NCBI GenBank assembly: GCA_965202585.1
Contig: OZ241833.1
Location: 34,286,001-34,350,000 of the forward strand
Direction: 5' to 3'
DNA: 64,000 bases
Origin: Thalia democratica
Lineage: Eukaryota
Shown here: in pieces, positions 61,196-64,000 of the stretch
How the letters are laid out: the number at the start of each line of letters is the position of its first letter
How positions within the stretch are numbered: the stretch's first letter is position 1
Position numbers and translations under genes: made by a program
The notes under the pieces: model-generated
The model's database searches: none
Seen by the model: the letters and a program-made list of their open reading frames with translations, nothing else
Told to the model about the DNA's origin: nothing

Positions 61196-61255
61196 CTCCG
61201 ACAGTTCACCACGGAGTTCTTCAATCTCGAAACTGTTTGATTGCGATTTTGCCAT
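61196..61255 (-). CDS. RING-finger protein, predicted exon 1 (MAKSQSNSFEIEELRGELSE)
   Basis: AAAATGG start and 20 open codons, then a GAG|GTAATT donor in phase 0 that joins exon 2 in frame (intron 60929..61195, protein 233 aa). Confidence 0.7.
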
Positions 61256-63651
61256 TTTTAGTTTAAGTATTTCAAGCCTAGAAAGATTTAGATTAACTAT
61301 GTACTTTATTGTTTTGTTTACATTCTATTTAATATATAAATTATAATTAATTGAAATGTAATCTGTAAACGTTGTTATAAAACTGATGTTGAAAGTTAAA
61401 TATTAGTAAACCGTTAATACTTTTCATATTTGGTATAAACATAATACACTAAATGATCAGCAGAATAATTTAGTGCAGACAAAACTAGTTGATTTGAAAT
61501 AACCTTTGAAAGCTATTTTTACACCTTTTAAGAAAGAACCAACTTAAATAATACTACGTCAAATAGTATGTAAATGAAATACTATAAAATAGATTTTTTT
61601 ATATTATTTTAATTTGAAAGTTCTCGAATTAAAGCTGCTATGTGTTTTGTTTACCCGAAGTAAAATTCAAGTAGCTATGACAAGTTTGTATTATCTTTTT
61701 GAATTCTATAGTATTTTTACAATATTGTAAGTCTTAGAAGTAGAAATCAAGTAAGATTACAAATTGCTGTATTGAATAGAGCCTTTGCCAATTCTATTAA
61801 AACCAAAAAGGATTAGCAAATAAACAACATTTTGCTGAAAATAAGTTTAACCCCATAGAACTTTAATAAAAATAGTAGGCATATGTCATTGAAATCGAAT
61901 CACTAAGTTACTATCTTTTTAAATGTAATCATCATAAAACCGTTTTTAATCATCATGGCGACTTATTTTTGTTTAATTGACTTTATTCAAAATTAGTTTT
62001 ACATTCAAACTGCTACTCTTACTTCTCTTGAAAACACTGACTTTGTTAAGTTCTTTCTGTTAAATTAATGTTTTTTTTTTCAGAAATAACTCTGATGCTC
62101 CTGATATAAAGAATATTTAATTATTCTAAAGTTAGACTATTCATTATCTTTAATCACATACTTTAAAAAAAAATTAAAAATGCTCATAAATTTTATAACA
62201 AATTTTGTTCTATTTCATCGAAGTTGCTACTATTTGAATTATAAAAGACAGCGAGAGAAGTAAAATAAGTTTTCTTAGTTTATCTACTAAGTTTTATAAA
62301 TAAATGAAATACCGTTAGTAGAACAATCGTAAACAAACTAAAAGCTTTAATATGTAGAAGTAGCGTATAAATTAAATAACTTAGATTCTTTTTAAAACTA
62401 GCGTTAAATTAAAAAATTCCTAACAAAAACTGAATTTCGCAAATAAAATACAAACAGGGTTAAATTTTTGAAATTGCTTAAAAAAAAATTAAACTTTAAT
62501 TTATTTATTATACCAAAAATTCCGTTGATATAATAAAAAGAAACTGCAGTAGTAATTAAAGAGGGATACTAGCAATGTGAATAGTTTTAATAGTGTGATT
62601 TAAGAATTTAGTAACTGTTTTCTGCACAATAACTTTAAAATGGTTTCGTTTTTGTATATTCCAAAACATATTACACACTTTAATGCAAATGACTCAATAA
62701 CTAGTTGTCTTTTCTAATTTAAAATATGAAATTATGAAACGCGAATCGTTATATCGAAATATTTGAACTTGAAATATTTAAGAGTTCGTTTCTACATTTC
62801 AAATATTATAATAAAATTAAAAAAGAGTACTAAGTATGTTTTGACAACCAAAATTTAAAAATTATTTATTATTACATTTAGTAGTAAATTACTAAAACTT
62901 GTGCTATTTATGCTTTAATACTTACGACATTGTATCATAAAATGATGTAAAATGTGTTGATTAAAAATATCTTTAACTTTAAAATAGTATATATTTTATT
63001 CTTTTAACTGTTTTTACAAACTATACAATGCTTACATTTTATATATTCGATATATTTTGATAAAAATGTTATAGAAAAATAAACTTTATTTATTTCTGTT
63101 TTTTGTTGCAGTGTTGTAAAATTAAACTTAGTCTCGTTAAGTTCGGCGACTCACAATCAACTGTCAATTTAAAAGATAGTTTTCTTTTTATTTTAAAGCT
63201 TAGAAAAAGTAAGTTAATGAAAAGGTTTTACTATTTGAAAATCAATTTCTTAAAATACTTTGTTTGAGAAGTTTAAAATTGTGCAAATAATCATTACAGA
63301 AATAAAAGTTTAGAAAAGTATCAGTATAAACAAACATATGGTAGTATTTATTTGTTGCTGGACTAATTGTTTGTTTATTTATGTTTTTAAAGCTAAAGCT
63401 AACAAGAATATAACAGTACTATGGTTGAAATTTAAAAGTTTATCTTAACAAAACTTTTTACCAACTTGTAAACGCTGTTACCTGCTGTACATTGTACACA
63501 GGAGTGTTTGTCATTTGATGTTGTTCCAAATATTTGAACTTTCTGAGATTTATCAGTGTTTCTTAAAGTGTAGAAGTGTGCCCAAGAAATACTTACAAGT
63601 TTGCCTGAGTCTACGTTACCCTTTAAAAAACGTAAAAGTATGAGTTTAGAT

Positions 63652-63775
63652 CAGGGTTTCCCAAAGTGGGCGATATCGCCCCCCTGGGGGCGATTTTAGT
63701 AAGTCGGGGGGCGAATTTTAGTTAGGGGGCGAAAGGGTGGGCGATAACTAGTAAGGGGGCGATTTTAAAATTTTT
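63652..63775 (+). mobile_element. Probable left end of a hAT (Charlie-like) DNA transposon or MITE
   Basis: Begins CAGGGTTTCCCAAAGTG, resembling hAT-Charlie TIRs. Preceded by GTTTAGAT (fits an nTnTAGAn 8-bp target). Six GGGCGA subterminal repeats. The other end is not visible in the window. Confidence 0.55.
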
Positions 63776-64000
63776 GGCAGTCATAAACCTTTACTTTTTA
63801 TCTTGCTATTTTAACAATTTTAGCTTACTAAAAATATTTGACCCTGAGGTAAAACTTAAACAAAAAAGTTTATTTTGTTTATGTAAAATATAGAAAAAAA
63901 TCAAGTGCTTATGACTTCTACTTGCAAGTAAATTACATGATTTCATTCATGTATTTTCTTATTTAATATTAAATAGATCATAGACGATCGGAATCCCTCT

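Noticed and set aside
1-64000. tRNA, rRNA, snRNA, CRISPR arrays or transposase ORFs
   Set aside because: None recognised by eye. A covariance-model search (tRNAscan-SE, Infernal) was not run.

Overview
This is very AT-rich eukaryotic (metazoan) genomic DNA. The species cannot be determined from sequence alone; an invertebrate such as a tunicate is only a guess. The window holds a cluster of four short basic-less HLH genes of the Id/emc type: Id-1 2214..2510 (+), Id-2 14680..14976 (-), Id-3 48156..48389 (-) and a very divergent member at 31443..31742 (-). There is also an orphan copy of the Id promoter at about 24414..24633, a two-exon coiled-coil/RING gene (60287..61255, -) and the left end of a hAT-like element at the window end. 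The main signal is non-coding. I found 17 exact matches to the bipartite BMP/Smad(-Schnurri) element GRCGNC-N5-GTCT, all of the form GGCG[A/C]C-N5-GTCTG, with 8 distinct spacers. They sit around all four HLH genes and are often coupled to a CAGGTG E-box or a Su(H)-type site at constrained spacing. Promoter patches, HLH-coding patches and a triplicated 3' enhancer are near-identical between paralogues while introns and flanks are unalignable, which suggests patchy concerted evolution. All motif functions are inferred from consensus matches read by eye; no database search was run.
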